Shown: positions 38,244 through 51,692 of the stretch, one piece after another
Layout: each line of letters starts with the position of its first letter
Position numbering within the stretch: the stretch's first letter is position 1
Assembly: GCA_964016885.1 (NCBI GenBank)
Contig: OZ024759.1
Coordinates: 16,988,001-17,052,000 of the forward strand
DNA length: 64,000 nt
Direction: 5' to 3'
Source: Eledone cirrhosa
Taxonomy: Eukaryota
The notes under the pieces: model-generated
Seen by the model: the letters and a program-made list of their open reading frames with translations, nothing else
Told to the model about the DNA's origin: nothing
Databases searched by the model: none
Program-made: the position numbers and the translations under genes

Positions 38244-40214
38244 GTAACAGTTTGCTTGAAGCATTGTGGAATATGAAAATGAAAGGAGAGTATGTTTAGG
38301 AAGCCATACAATGCAAGATACTTGCATAACATACCCTCTTTTCATATATATATATATAGTCACTGCAGAGAGACATATACAAAATATGTAACATGGTGGC
38401 ATCAGCCTGACAACATCCCTCACCCACATACCAGTAATTAGCACAGACTAGCTTTTTGCCTGGTTGAGTGCTTGAATTTAATTAATGGCTGATGTGGCAT
38501 AGTTTTGTTGGTAGGGTTGAATGTAGGATTATTTGTTTGCATGGGTTCATAGATAACATAAGTTTGTTTAAGATTACATTACATACACATATATATGCAT
38601 ACATATAAACAGGTAACTCTCCCTCTCTCTCTATATATATATCTATATAACATATATGTCTGGGGCATTTAAACCTGCTGGAGTCTATCTCACTCCATGT
38701 CAGAATATAGCTAATTTCTTCCAGAGGAAGAATCGACTTCAGTACTGGACTAGTAGATTATATATATTTATATATCAACCTAGATTATATATAATTATAT
38801 ATCAACCTCAAAAAGGTGAAAGACAAAGTTGACCTTGGCAGGATTTGAACCTGAGAGTATAGGGAGCTGGAACAAGTGCTTCAAAGCATTCTATCAAACA
38901 ATCTAACAACTTGTTATATTTGAATATAATAATTGTTTCTACTTTTGAGACAAGGCCAGCGATTACCCCAGTGCATTACTGGTACTTTATTTTATCGACC
39001 CCGTAAGGATGAAAGGCAAAGTTAACCTCGGTGGGATTTGAATATATTTGAATATAATAATACTTTCTGATTTAGGCACAAGGCCAACAATTTTGAGGTA
39101 GGGGAAAGTCGATTAAATCGACCCCAATGCGCTACTGGTACTTTATTTTATTACCCCACCCCCTCCAAGGATGGAAGGCAAAGCTAACCTCAGCAGGATT
39201 TGAACTCAGGGTAGAGAGAGTCAGAACAAATACCACAAACCTTTCTAGCCAACATTCCAATGACAGGGTTTTTTTAAAATATTAAATACAATAATAAAAC
39301 AACAAGCCGAGAGGTTGAAACTAAAAACTGTAACACATCACATCTAATCCGACACTCTGCCCACTTCAGCCACTTTCAAATTTGCCGACTTCTACTTTTT
39401 TTTTGGTGGTGGTGGTGAGTATAGAGAGATGGGACAAATACCATGAACCATTCTAATTATGCAGTCAATTCAAAGTCTATGAGAAATATAACAAAAGAAA
39501 AGAAGAAGACATTTTATATAAAGTATTTTTATTCAGATTTTTAGGGAAAAAAAATAAAAGAAGCCTATGGACCTTGTTGAAATATTGAAAAAAATATTTA
39601 TAACTTGTTGCTGTTGATAGAATATAAAACTTGTATTTGAATGAGGGGAAACAGAAACATGACATATGTATAAATATTATATATAAATTATAAATACATA
39701 TGAATAATCAATATATATATAATATATATATGTATGTATGTAGGTATAAATATTATAAATATATATTACATGAATTATATTATATATTCTTATATATATC
39801 ATTGTATCTGCACATAATATATAGTATACATTATTATACTTATTATATATCTATATCATAAAATTAACGAAGAGCGCTGGTATTAATTCAACGGTCTCCG
39901 GCCAGCATCTAGCTTCAGAGATGTATATATAAACAATTAGAAATGACAAAACTGCCAAATTCTAAAGTAGGAGGCCCAAATGTCTACTTCTTTGTTGCCA
40001 TAGTAATAATGAACCAGCCATAACTAGCGACATTTTACAGCTTAATGGGGGTAAAAGACGATTCAGCGAATTTTTATAAAAATATCAGAAATTGGAAACA
40101 AAAAAGGTGGGGGAGGAAAAGGGGTGATTAAAATATTTAAAACAGATAAAAAAAAATTTAGATGAAAAAACAAAGAAAAGTTACCAGTTTTTGTATGTAT
40201 ACAATATATTGAAG

Positions 40215-40220
40215 TTTATT
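40215..40220 (-). promoter_or_regulatory. Candidate polyadenylation signal of WDR1
   Basis: First AATAAA seen on the minus strand, about 220 nt past the stop; another at 39528-39533. Usage unknown. Confidence 0.35.
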
Positions 40221-40436
40221 GTTTAACTTAATAGAGAGAGAAACAGCAGTGTATGAGGAGAGAGGGAGAGGTATTGAGAGAGAGAGAGAAGATTTAGAGA
40301 TAGAGAGAGGAGATTGAGACGATAGAGATAGAAAGGAAGGAAGGGGCAAGAGGAGCAGTTGTTGAATAAAGAGAGAGAGGGGGAGAGAGCGTGTTTTATC
40401 ATCTGGGTAGTTTGGTAGAGTTTATAGTGGTAGCCC

Positions 40437-40543
40437 TTAGAAAGTGATGATCCATTGCTTCAGGTTGCTGTCCTGTCCAGCAGATAACACCAAATTGTTG
40501 TCCAGCCAGGTGACTCGGTTTACCTGGCTAAGTCGATGAGAAC
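40437..40543 (-). CDS. WDR1: WD repeat protein 1 / actin-interacting protein 1, last coding exon (107 nt)
   Basis: cag acceptor; (G)SHRLSQVNRVTWLDNNLVLSAGQDSNLKQWIITF*, matching the AIP1 C-terminus (human [34 protein letters not shown], from memory). Confidence 0.93.
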
Positions 40544-40574
40544 CTGTTAACAGAGAAAAGAAACCCAATAATTA

Positions 40575-43500
40575 CTGCTGTATAAAATACTGTATGTTGA
40601 GGGCTAAGGGCTGCTGTATAAAATACTGTATATTGAGGGCTAAGGGCTGCTGTATAAAATACTGTATATTGAGGGCTAAGGGCTGCTGTATAAAATACTT
40701 TATGTTGAGGGCTAAGGGCTGCTGTATAAAATACTGTATGTTGAGGGCTAAGGGCTGCTGTATAAAATACTTTATGTTGAGGGCTAAGGGCTGCTGTATA
40801 AAATACTGTATATTGAGGGCTAAGGGCTGCTGTATAAAATACTTTATGTTGAGGGCTAAGGGCTGCTGTATAAAATACTGTATGTTGAGGGCTAAGGGCT
40901 GCTGTATAAAATACTGTATGTTGAGGGCTAAGGGCTGCTGTATAAAATACTGTATGTTGAGGGCCAAGGGCTGCTGTATAAAATACTGTATGTTGAGGGC
41001 TAAGGGCTGCTGTATAAAATACTGTATGTTGAGGGCCAAGGGCTGCTGTATAAAATACTGTATGTTGAGGGCTAAGGGCTGCTGTATAAAATACTGTATA
41101 TTGAGGGCTAAGGGCTGCTGTATAAAATACTGTATGTTGAGGGCTAAGGGCTGGTGTATAAAATACTGTATGTTGAAGGCTAAGGGCTGCTGTATAAAAT
41201 ACTGTATGTTGAGGGCTAAGGGCTGCTGTATAAAATACTGTATGTTGAGGGCTAAAGGCTGCTGTATAAAATACTGTATGTTGAGGGCTAAGGGCTGCTG
41301 TATAAAATACTGTATGTTGAGGGCTAAAGGCTGCTGTATAAAATACTGTATGATGAGGGCTAAGGGCTGGTGTATAAAATACTGTATATTGAGGGCTAAG
41401 GGCTGCTGTATAAAATACTGTATGTTGAGGGCTAAGGGCTGCTGTATAAAATACTGTATGTTGAGGGCTAAGGGCTGCTGTATAAAATACTGTATGTTGA
41501 GGGCTAAGGGCTGGTGTATAAAATACTGTATGTTGAGGGCTAAGGGCTGGTGTATAAAATACTGTATGTTGAGGGCTAAGGGCTGGTGTATAAAATACTG
41601 TATGTTGAGGGCTAAGGGCTGCTGTATAAAATACTGTATGTTGAGGGCTAAGGGCTGCTGTATAAAATACTGTATGTTGAGGGCTAAGGGCTGCTGTATA
41701 AAATACTGTATGTTGAGGGCTAAGGGCTGCTGTATAAAATACTGTATGTTGAGGGCTAAGGGCTGCTGTATAAAATACTGTATGTTGAGGGCTAAGGGCT
41801 GCTGTATAAAATACTGTATGTTGAAGGCTAAGGGCTGCTGTATAAAATACTGTATGTTGAGGGCTAAGGGCTGGTGTATAAAATACTGTATGTTGAGGGC
41901 TAAGGGCTGCTGTATAAAATACTGTATGTTGAGGGCTAAGGGCTGCTGTATAAAATACTGTATATTGAGGGCTAAGGGCTGGTGTATAAAATACTGTATG
42001 TTGAGGGCTAAGGGCTGCTGTATAAAATACTGTATGTTGAGGGCTAAGGGCTGGTGTATAAAATACTGTATGTTGAGGGCCAAGGGCTGCTGTATAAAAT
42101 ACTGTATGTTGAGGGCTAAAGGCTGCTGTATAAAATACTGTATGTTGAGGGCTAAGGGCTGCTGTATAAAATACTGTATGTTGAGGGCTAAGGGCTGCTG
42201 TATAAAATACTGTATGTTGAGGGCTAAGGGCTGCTGTATAAAATACTGTATATTGAGGGCTAAGGGCTGCTGTATAAAATACTGTATGTTGAGGGCTAAG
42301 GGCTGCTGTATAAAATACTGTATGTTGAGGGCTAAGGGCTGCTGTATAAAATACTGTATGTTGAGGGCTAAGGGCTGCTGTATAAAATACTGTATGTTGA
42401 GGGCTAAGGGCTGCTGTATAAAATACTGTATGTTGAGGGCTAAGGGCTGGTGTATAAAATACTGTATATTGAGGGCTAAGGGCTGCTGTATAAAATACTG
42501 TATGTTGAGGGCTAAGGGCTGCTGTATAAAATACTGTATGTTGAGGGCTAAGGGCTGCTGTATAAAATACTGTATGTTGAGGGCTAAGGGCTGCTGTATA
42601 AAATACTGTATGTTGAGGGCTAAAGGGGTGCTGTATAAAATACTGTATGTTGAGGGCTAAGGGCTGCTGTATAAAATACTGTATGTTGAGGGCTAAGGGC
42701 TGGTGTATAAAATACTGTATGTTGAGGGCTAAGGGCTGCTGTATAAAATACTTTATGTTGAGGGTTAAGGGCTGGTGTATAAAATACTGTATGTTGAGGG
42801 CTAAGGGCTGCTGTATAAAATACTTTATGTTGAGGGTTAAGGGCTGGTGTATAAAATACTGTATGTTGAGGGCTAAGGGCTGCTGTATAAAATACTGTAT
42901 GTTGAGGGCTAAGGGCTGCTGTATAAAATACTGTATGTTGAGGGCTAAGGGCTGGTGTATAAAATACTGTATATTGAGGGCTAAGGGCTGCTGTATAAAA
43001 TACTGTATGTTGAGGGCTAAGGGCTGCTGTATAAAATACTGTATGTTGAGGGCTAAGGGCTGCTGTATAAAATACTTTATGTTGAGGGCTAAGGGCTGCT
43101 GTATAAAATACTGTATGTTGAGGGCTAAAGGGGTGCTGTATAAAATACTGTATGCTGAGGGTTAAGGGCTGCTGTATAAAATACTGTATGTTGAGGGCTA
43201 AGGGCTGCTGTATAAAATACTGTATGTTGAGGGCTAAGGGCTGCTGTATAAAATACTGTATGTTGAGGGCTAAGGGCTGCTGTATAAAATACTGTATGTT
43301 GAGGGCTAAGGGCTGCTGTATAAAATACTGTATGTTGAGGGCTAAGGGCTGCTGTATAAAATACTGTATGTTGAGGGCTAAGGGCTGGTGTATAAAATAC
43401 TGTATGTTGAGGGCTAAAGGGGTGCTGTATAAAATACTGTATGTTGAGGGTTAAGGGCTGCTGTATAAAATACTGTATTTTGAGGGCTAAAGGGGTGCTG

Positions 43501-45430
43501 TATAAAATACTGTATGTTGAGGGCTAAGGGCTGCTGTATAAAATACTGTATGTTGAGGGCTAAGGGCTGCTGTATAAAATACTGTATGTTGAGGGCTAAG
43601 GGCTGCTGTATAAAATACTGTATGTTGAGGGCTAAAGGGGTGCTGTATAAAATACTGTATGTTGAGGGCTAAGGGCTGCTGTATAAAATACTGTATGTTG
43701 AGGGCTAAGGGCTGCTGTATAAAATACTGTATGTTGAGGGCTAAGGGCTGCTGTATAAAATACTGTATGTTGAGGGCTAAGGGCTGCTGTATAAAATACT
43801 GTATGTTGAGGGCTAAGGGCTGCTGTATAAAATACTGTATGTTGAGGGCTAAGGGCTGCTGTATAAAATACTGTATGTTGAGGGCTAAAGGGGTGCTGTA
43901 TAAAATACTATATGTTGAGGGCTAAAGGGCTGCTGTATAAAATACTGTATGTTGAGGGCTAAGGGCTGCTGTATAAAATACTGTATGTTGAGGGCTAAGG
44001 GCTGCTGTATAAAATACTTTATGTTGAGGGCTAAGGGCTGCTGTATAAAATACTGTATGTTGAGGGCTAAAGGGGTGCTGTATAAAATACTGTATGCTGA
44101 GGGTTAAGGGCTGCTCTATAAAATACTGTATGTTGAGGGCTAAGGGCTGCTGTATAAAATACTGTATGTTGAGGGCTAAGGGCTGGTGTATAAAATACTG
44201 TATATTGAGGGCTAAGGGCTGCTGTATAAAATACTCTATGTTGAGGGCTAAGGGCTGCTGTATAAAATACTGTATGTTGAGGGCTAAAGGCTGCTGTATA
44301 AAATACTGTATGTTGAGGGCTAAGGGCTGCTGTATAAAATACTGTATATTGAGGGCTAAGGGCTGGTGTATAAAATACTGTATGTTGAGGGCTAAGGGCT
44401 GCTGTATAAAATACTTTATGTTGAGGGTTAAGGGCTGGTGTATAAAATGCTGTATGTTGAGGGCTAAGGGCTGCTGTATAAAATACTTTATGTTGAGGGT
44501 TAAGGGCTGCTGTATAAAATACTGTATATTGAGGGCTAAGGGCTGCTGTATAAAATACTGTATGTTGAGGGCTAAGGGCTGCTGTATAAAATACTGTATG
44601 TTGAGGGCTAAGGGCTGGTGCATAAAATACTGTATGTTGAGGGCTAAGGGCTGCTGTATAAAATACTGTATGTTGAGGGCTAAGGGCTGCTGTATAAAAT
44701 ACTGTATGTTGAGGGCTAAGGGCTGCTGTATAAAATACTGTATGTTGAGGGCTAAGGGCTGGTGTATAAAATACTGTATGTTGAGGGCTAAGGGCTGGTG
44801 TATAAAATACTGTATGTTGAGGGCTAAGGGCTGCTGTATAAAATACTTTATGTTGAGGGTTAAGGGCTGGTGTATAAAATACTGTATGTTGAGGGCTAAG
44901 GGCTGCTGTATAAAATACTGTATGTTGAGGGCTAAAGGGGTGCTGTATAAAATACTGTATGTTGAGGGCTAAGGGCTGCTGTATAAAATACTGTATGTTG
45001 AGGGCTAAGCGCTGCTGTATAAAATACTGTATGTTGAGGGCTAAGGGCTGCTGTATAAAATACTGTATGTTGAGGGCTAAAAGGGTGCTGTATAAAATAC
45101 TGTATGTTGAGGGCTAAGGGCTGCTGTATAAAATACTGTATGTTGAGGGCTAAGGGCTGCTGTATAAAATACTGTATGTTGAGGGCTAAGGGCTGCTGTA
45201 TAAAATAATACTGTATGTTGAGGGCTAAGGGCTGCTGTATAAAATAATACTGTATGTTGAGGGCTAAGGGCTGCTGTATAAAATACTGTATGTTGAAGGC
45301 TAAGGGCTGCTGTATAAAATAATACTGTATGTTGAGGGCTAAGGGCTGCTGTATAAAATACTGTATATTGAGGGCTAAGGGCTGCTGTATAAAATACTGT
45401 ATGATGAGGGCCAAGGGCTGCTGTATAAAA
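40575..45430. repeat. 36-bp minisatellite, about 135 copies, in the last WDR1 intron
   Basis: Unit CTGCTGTATAAAATACTGTATGTTGAGGGCTAAGGG with sporadic variants. Confidence 0.97.
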
Positions 45431-45725
45431 TAAAAATAAATAACGGAACAAAGAATCAGTGTTTCATCATCATTTTACGTCCGCTTTTCCCTGCTTGCAA
45501 GGGTAGGACAGGAACTGATTCTGGCTCGATTTCTACAGCTGGATGCCCTTCCTAACACCAACCTCATTTACAGTGAGTGCTGGGTGCTTTTTTGCCGTGG
45601 CACCTCCACGACCACTTTGCAATGGAATGATAGGGACCCTAGTCATCATATAGATATTTAATTACATATTACATATGTTTCACTGTTGATCAGCTCGACT
45701 CTTAGACGCGAGTGTACATGTTAAC

Positions 45726-45817
45726 ACATATCTGAGGAGCTTCTGATTCCAGAGTCAGGTTCGATCATTAATCCATCGTTCCTCGAGCTGATCGACAGTG
45801 AAACATATGTAATATGT
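45726..45817 (+). ncRNA. Type I hammerhead-like motif with extended stem II (intronic, antisense to WDR1)
   Basis: ACATAT-CTGAGGA-[61 nt]-GAAA-C-ATAT-G-TA-ATATGT; homologue of 19910; stem II closure is degenerate; inverted partial copy at 45660-45706. Confidence 0.55.
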
Positions 45818-46539
45818 AATTAGATATATATATGATGCAGCACTGATTCTTTGTTCCCTTATATATAATTATTATATATACATATATGCGATGGATTGGC
45901 AGTATTGGTAGAGGGTCGGACGCCATGCTTTGACGTATAGAGTTACGACCCTTGCCATTCTGAGTTCAAATCCCGCCAAGGTTAACTTTGCCCTTCATCC
46001 TTACGGGGGTCGATAAAATAAAGTACCAGTAATGCACTGGGTAATTGCTGGCCTTGTGCCTAACGTAGAAACAATTATATATACATATATATATTTACAC
46101 AGACACACACAAATCATCATCATCATCATCATCATCAGGTTTAGCGTCCGTGTTCCACGCTTGCATGGGTTTGGACGGGGGTTTTCCCACTTGAGGCAAG
46201 AGTGGTTGTCTTGCTCGCATAGGACTGTCTGGCGGGTTTTCTACAGTTGGATGCCCTTCCTAACACCAACCACATTTACAGTGTGGGGCTGGGAGGTTTT
46301 TACCGTGTTGCCTACACGGCCACATTACAGCGTGGACTGTCTGGCGGGTTTTCTACAGCTGGATGCCCTTCCTAACACCAACCACATTTACAGTGTGGGG
46401 CTGGGAGGTTTTTACCGTGTTGCCTACACGACCACATTTACAGCGTGGACTGTGTGTTTTTTGTCGTGACACCTACACGATCTCGACACCTACACGAAAT
46501 ATATATAGATATATTAGACAAAAACATGTGACAACAAAC

Positions 46540-46684
46540 CTTTGATTGTCAATGAAGAAAAGGAATCCTCAATGTTGTGGACCACAATATTTCCATCAAC
46601 ACCTGCTGAGGCCAGATGGGTGCTGTCTGGGGACCAATTCACAGAATTTACTCGAACTGAGTGGGCAGAAGAATGATATTTCAC
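46540..46684 (-). CDS. WDR1: WDR1/AIP1 exon (145 nt)
   Basis: cag / gtttgt; VKYHSSAHSVRVNSVNWSPDSTHLASAGVDGNIVVHNIEDSFSSLTIK(G). Confidence 0.93.
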
Positions 46685-47109
46685 CTGAAAGAAATACACA
46701 AACCATGAGAATAAATAAACTGTACCCATTATTCACTGCAAATAGTGATAGTGCTGGTGCCATAATGAATTGCACCCAGTACACTCTGTAAAATGTTAGT
46801 GCTAGTGTCATGATGAAATGCACCCAGATGTAAAACAGTGATGATAATGATAATGATAATGATTAAAATATTAATTTATTTACTCTTGATATTTACCCCC
46901 CTTCATTACTGGTAACTCTTTTAATGAATCCATTTGGCTGTTATAAGAAACATAGTTGGGGGGGGGGGGTTTAGACATAACACACTACTACCACCATCTG
47001 GTCTTGGGGTGAATTGCAAGAATTCAGACAGGACCCCATTGGCAGAGGCTTAGCAAAGAGAAGCAGTTAAACCTGGGCACAACATTTCCATTGTTCATAC
47101 GTGAAGGTG

Positions 47110-47680
47110 GGGTTTAGATGATGTCCACTGAATATATTTACTAGTTACAGATCCTTTGACCACACTACAGACATCTGAGCCAGTGTTTAGATGATCACTG
47201 AATATATTCAATTGTAACAGATCCTTTGACTACACCACAGATATTTGAACCAGTATTTAGATGATTGCAGAATATATTCACTGGTAACAGGCCCTTTGAC
47301 TACATCGAAGATTTGACCCAGTGTTAAGATGATCATTGAATATATCCACTGGTTACAGCTTCTTTTAATTATATCAGAGATTTGAGCCCGTGTTTAGATG
47401 ATTTTCACTGAATATATTCACAGGTTACAGCTACTTTCATTATATCAGAGATCTGAGCCTGTGTTTTGATGATCACTGAATATTTCACTATATCAGATAT
47501 TTGAACCTGTGTTTAGAGGATCACTGAATATGTTCAGTGGTAACAGGTAATCTGACTACATCAGATATTTGAGTCTGTGTTTAGATGATTATCACTCAAT
47601 ACATTCACTGGAAACAGCTAATATAAGTACATGACTAATATTTGAGCCTGTGTTAAGTTGATCACTGAATATATTCAGTT
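47110..47680. repeat. Old degenerate tandem repeat, unit about 58 bp
   Basis: Recurrent GTTTAGATGATCACTGAATATATTCACTGGTAACAG blocks. Confidence 0.8.
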
Positions 47681-47914
47681 AACAGCTCTCATAAATCAGA
47701 ATTGTCTTTCTTTGCTTTATTTTATTTTTGCATTAGATTGGTCTATAGCAAAGGGTTGAACCAAAGGCCTACTTGATTAGGGATGATCTAAAGTTACACC
47801 AGCACCACTGCCACAACCAAAACCACGACCAGCATTCCCATCACCACCAACACCACCCTCACTACAACTACCACAACAACAACAACAACAAAAACATTGG
47901 GAAAAGATACTTAC

Positions 47915-48082
47915 AGAGTAATTGGAAAGGTTATAAATGGTAACAAATCTTGCATCGTTGCATGTGGCTACATACTGGCCATCAGGTGAGAAGACGATAT
48001 CTCTTACAGCACCAGATTCTTCTACAACTTTCGCTTCACTCAAAGTACAGTTGTTGACATTATAAACATGGAAGGAATTACT
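47915..48082 (-). CDS. WDR1: WDR1/AIP1 exon (168 nt)
   Basis: cag / gtaagt; SNSFHVYNVNNCTLSEAKVVEESGAVRDIVFSPDGQYVATCNDARFVTIYNLSNYS. Confidence 0.92.
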
Positions 48083-48083
48083 C

Positions 48084-48838
48084 TGTCAGAAGAGAAAGCA
48101 GAAATAATAATGGTTTCTGATATTGGCAGAAGAGAAAGTAGAAATAATAATGGTTTCTGATATTGGCAGAAGAGAAAGCAGAAATAATAATGGTTTCTGA
48201 TATTGGCAGAAGAGAAAGCAGAAATAATAATGGTTTCTGATATTGTCAGAAGAGAAAGTAGAAATAATAATGGTTTCTGATATTGGCAGAAGAGAAAGTA
48301 GAAATAATAATGGTTTCTGATATTGTCAGAAGAGACAGCAGAAATAATAATGGTTTCTGATATTGTCAGAAGAGAAAGCAGAAATAATAATGGTTTCTGA
48401 TATTGTCAGAAGAGAAAGCAGAAATAATAATGGTTTCTGATATTGTCAGAAGAGAAAGTAGAAATAATAATGGTTTCTGATATTGGCAGAAGAGAAAGTA
48501 GAAATAATAATGGTTTCTGATATTGGCAGAAGAGAAAGCAGAAATAATAATGGTTTCTGATATTGGCAGAAGAGAAAGTAGAAATAATAATGGTTTCTGA
48601 TATTGGCAGAAGAGAAAGTAGAAATAATAATGGTTTCTGATATTGGCAGAAGAGAAAGCAGAAATAATAATGGTTTCTGATATTGGCAGAAGAGAAAGCA
48701 GAAATAATAATGGTTTCTGATATTGGCAGAAGAGAAAGCAGAAATAATAATGGTTTCTGATATTGGCAGAAGAGAAAGCAGAAATAATAATGGTTTCTGA
48801 TATTGGCAGAAGAGAAAGCAGAAATAATAATGGTTTCT
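48084..48838. repeat. 40-bp tandem repeat (about 19 copies) that includes the exon's polypyrimidine tract
   Basis: Unit AGAGAAAGCAGAAATAATAATGGTTTCTGATATTGGCAGA. Confidence 0.95.
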
Positions 48839-49600
48839 ACTTTTGGCACAAGGCCAGCAATTACCCAGTGCATTACTGGTACTTTATTTTATCGACCCCG
48901 TAAGGATGAAAGGCAAAGTCAAAATGGTTTCTGATATTGGCAGAAGAGAAAGCAGAAATAATAATGGTTTCTGATATTGGCACAAGGCCAACAATTTGCG
49001 GGGAGAGTTAAGTCAAGTAAATCGACCCGCAGCGCATGACTGGTACTTTATTTTATCGACCCCGTAAAGATGAAAGGCAAAGCTAACCTCGGCGGGAATT
49101 GAACTCAGAACGTAAAGGGCAGTAACTTATGCCAGGGTGTCCAATGCTCTACCGATATTGCCAATCCACAGAAATAATTGTTTATACTTTTGGCACAAGG
49201 CCAGCAATTACCCAGTGCATTACTGGTACTTTATTTTATCGACCCCGTAAGGATGAAAGGCAAAGTTAACCTCGGCGGGATTTGAACTCAGAATGGGAAG
49301 GGCCGTAACTCTAAGCGACCCTCTACCGATACTGCCAATCCACCAGAAATAATTGTTTCTACTTTAGGCACAAGGCCAGCAATTACCCAGTACATTACTG
49401 GTACTTTATTTTATCGACCCCGTAAAGATGAAAGGCAAAGTCAACCTCGGCGGGACTTGAACTCAGATCGTAAAGGGACGTAACTATGCTGGAAAGCATG
49501 GCGTCCGACCCTCTACCGATACTGCCAATCCACAATCCACCAGAAATAATGATAATAATAATGGTTTCTGATTTAGGCACCAGGCCAGCAATTTTGGGAG
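48830..49600 (-). mobile_element. Cluster of head-to-tail SINE family B copies
   Basis: At least four GGCACAAGGCC...GGTACTTTATTTTATCGACCCCG blocks. Confidence 0.8.
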
Positions 49601-50366
49601 AGGGCAAAGAAAGCTGTTTTAAGATGGATGAGGAGGGCAGATTGACAGATTTAGACATCAAATATTCGGGTAAAAGTTTGTGTCTAAGACACTGAAGAAA
49701 ATATGGTTCAACATTTCTAGACATCGAGATGATTCTCACAATCTATATTATAAAAAAAGGAGCTGCTTCTTTGTCTCTCTGTCTGCCCATCACAACATAT
49801 ATGTAGGAGGGGAAACAGGGAGGAGAGAAAAGTCGTTGAGAGAGAGAGAGAGAGTGTGTGTGTGTGGAAGAGAAGTGGGTTGTTTATGAAGTCAGAATGA
49901 AAATGATGACAGACTTTAAAAAAAGATTTTTAAAGTGCATGTCTGTCAAGATTTTAGTTTCTATGGTGACAACACTACCTCTCTATCCATCTTTCACACA
50001 CACACACACACATACTCTCTGTGTGTGTATTTGTCTTTCAAAAACAACAACTTTTCACTCCTCCAAAAGTTGTTGCTGTTGAGAGAGAGAGAGAGAGAGA
50101 GTGTGTGAGTGTGTGTGTGTGTGAAAGAGAAGTGGATCATTTATGACTTTCACAGACACTCTTCCTCTTTTTCTCTCTCAACAACTTTTCACTCCTGTTT
50201 TTCCCCTCCTACACATATGTGAAAAGTTGTTGTCATTGAGAGAGAAATACAGTGAGAGAGAGAGAGCTAGTTCAACAATACAGTGATAAATACATTATTA
50301 ACAAATATTTTTACCAGCAGCATAGCTACGGGTTTTGCTAGTGGAATATAAAAGATCAGTGCTCAC

Positions 50367-50474
50367 CTGTCCTCCAACGGCCAGTAGTGAACCATCCATG
50401 CTGAAAGCAACTGAACATCCTTCGTATGAAGTAGGTAATGTTAGAACAACATGCTCACCTTGAAATAACATTAT
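50367..50474 (-). CDS. WDR1: WDR1/AIP1 exon (108 nt)
   Basis: cag / gtgagc; IMLFQGEHVVLTLPTSYEGCSVAFSMDGSLLAVGGQ. Confidence 0.92.
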
Positions 50475-50998
50475 CTGTAACAAAAAACAAAAAAAAAACA
50501 TTTGTTGTAAAGTAGCTTTAACCCCTGAAACTGCCCCTGGTTTTAAGATATTAACTTGTTGCTTTAACCCCCTTGGATAGCAAATATCCTGAAACTGACT
50601 CTGGTTCTATGATACTAACTTGTTGATTTTAAAGGGTTCATATGTTTATCTAAAAATCTTTCCAGGGTTGACTAGAGTCAACCAAAACTGACCATGGCTG
50701 ATCAGCCTTGTTTCACACACACACACGTATTTACACCCGCCTCACGCATACACACAGACATACGCACACTCACAGACACACAAAGACTCACACTCACAGA
50801 CACATAAAGACTCACACTCACAGACAGCCACATACACACTGACACAAACACACACACACAGAGAAACACACATGCACAGACAGAGACACAGACTAACACA
50901 CATTCAGATACAGACATCATCATCATCATCGTTTAACATCCATCTTCCACGCTAGCCACTGACACAGACACACACAAGGAAAATAAAAGTATAATTAC

Positions 50999-51080
50999 AT
51001 GTTTGAGGCAGGCAACTGCAGTGAGGTTGTTGTGAACTGCAACTGAACGTGGTTGTGACTCTAATTTCATTGACACTTGA
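50999..51080 (-). CDS. WDR1: WDR1/AIP1 exon (82 nt)
   Basis: cag / gtaatt; (G)QVSMKLESQPRSVAVHNNLTAVACLKH; phases fit both neighbours. Confidence 0.9.
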
Positions 51081-51144
51081 CTGGAATGACAATAACAACA
51101 ACAATATACAGGCTGACGACACAAAAACACCCCTTCATTTCAAA

Positions 51145-51692
51145 TACCGTATATGCTGGCGTACAAGTCGATATTTGGAGCCTAAAAATATCTCTCCAAA
51201 ACCTGGGATTGACTTGTCCGCCAAATATAAAATGTGAACTTTTACCACTGAGGGGTAAACAGTGAAACTGACTGCCTAACACTTGCTGTACACCATTTAC
51301 CATAACTCAAGCAGCCCACCACAATTATTTCCTACTGAATCTCATATTTGTTGAGTTTATTTAACGTAGAAATTATAATATCAATGACTTGCTGTAGTTC
51401 ATAGGGTGTGTTACCATAGGTTCGTTGAGGTTAGACTAGGCTGGTTTACTCATGACTGAAGTGTTTTAGAAGAAGTGTCTTAGAATTATCTAAACTATCA
51501 GAAAAAGTAAGGTAATTTCACCATGAAACAAAACTGGCCGTAAGTAAAGATGGTACTGCCTTATTTTTTGGGGGTGGGGGGTGGGGGATTGTCGTCTTAT
51601 CTGTCAAATCTAGGCCTAAACCTGAAATACACCTCAGAATTTTAGGGGTCGACTTATGTGCCGGATCAACTTGTACGCTGGCATATACGGTA
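51145..51692. mobile_element. Pogo/Tigger-type non-autonomous DNA transposon
   Basis: TIRs TACCGTATATGCTGGCGTACAAGTCGA / TCAACTTGTACGCTGGCATATACGGTA with TA ends. Confidence 0.65.

Noticed and set aside
40575-45430. CRISPR-like array of 36-bp repeats
   Set aside because: Units are contiguous with no unique spacers, there are no cas genes, and the context is a eukaryotic intron.
40572-45451. Long ORFs (688 aa MLRAKGCCIKYC repeats; 503 aa ALNIQYFIQQPL repeats)
   Set aside because: A 36-bp unit without a stop in one frame on each strand produces these automatically; the array is intronic and broken by 37-bp frameshifting units.
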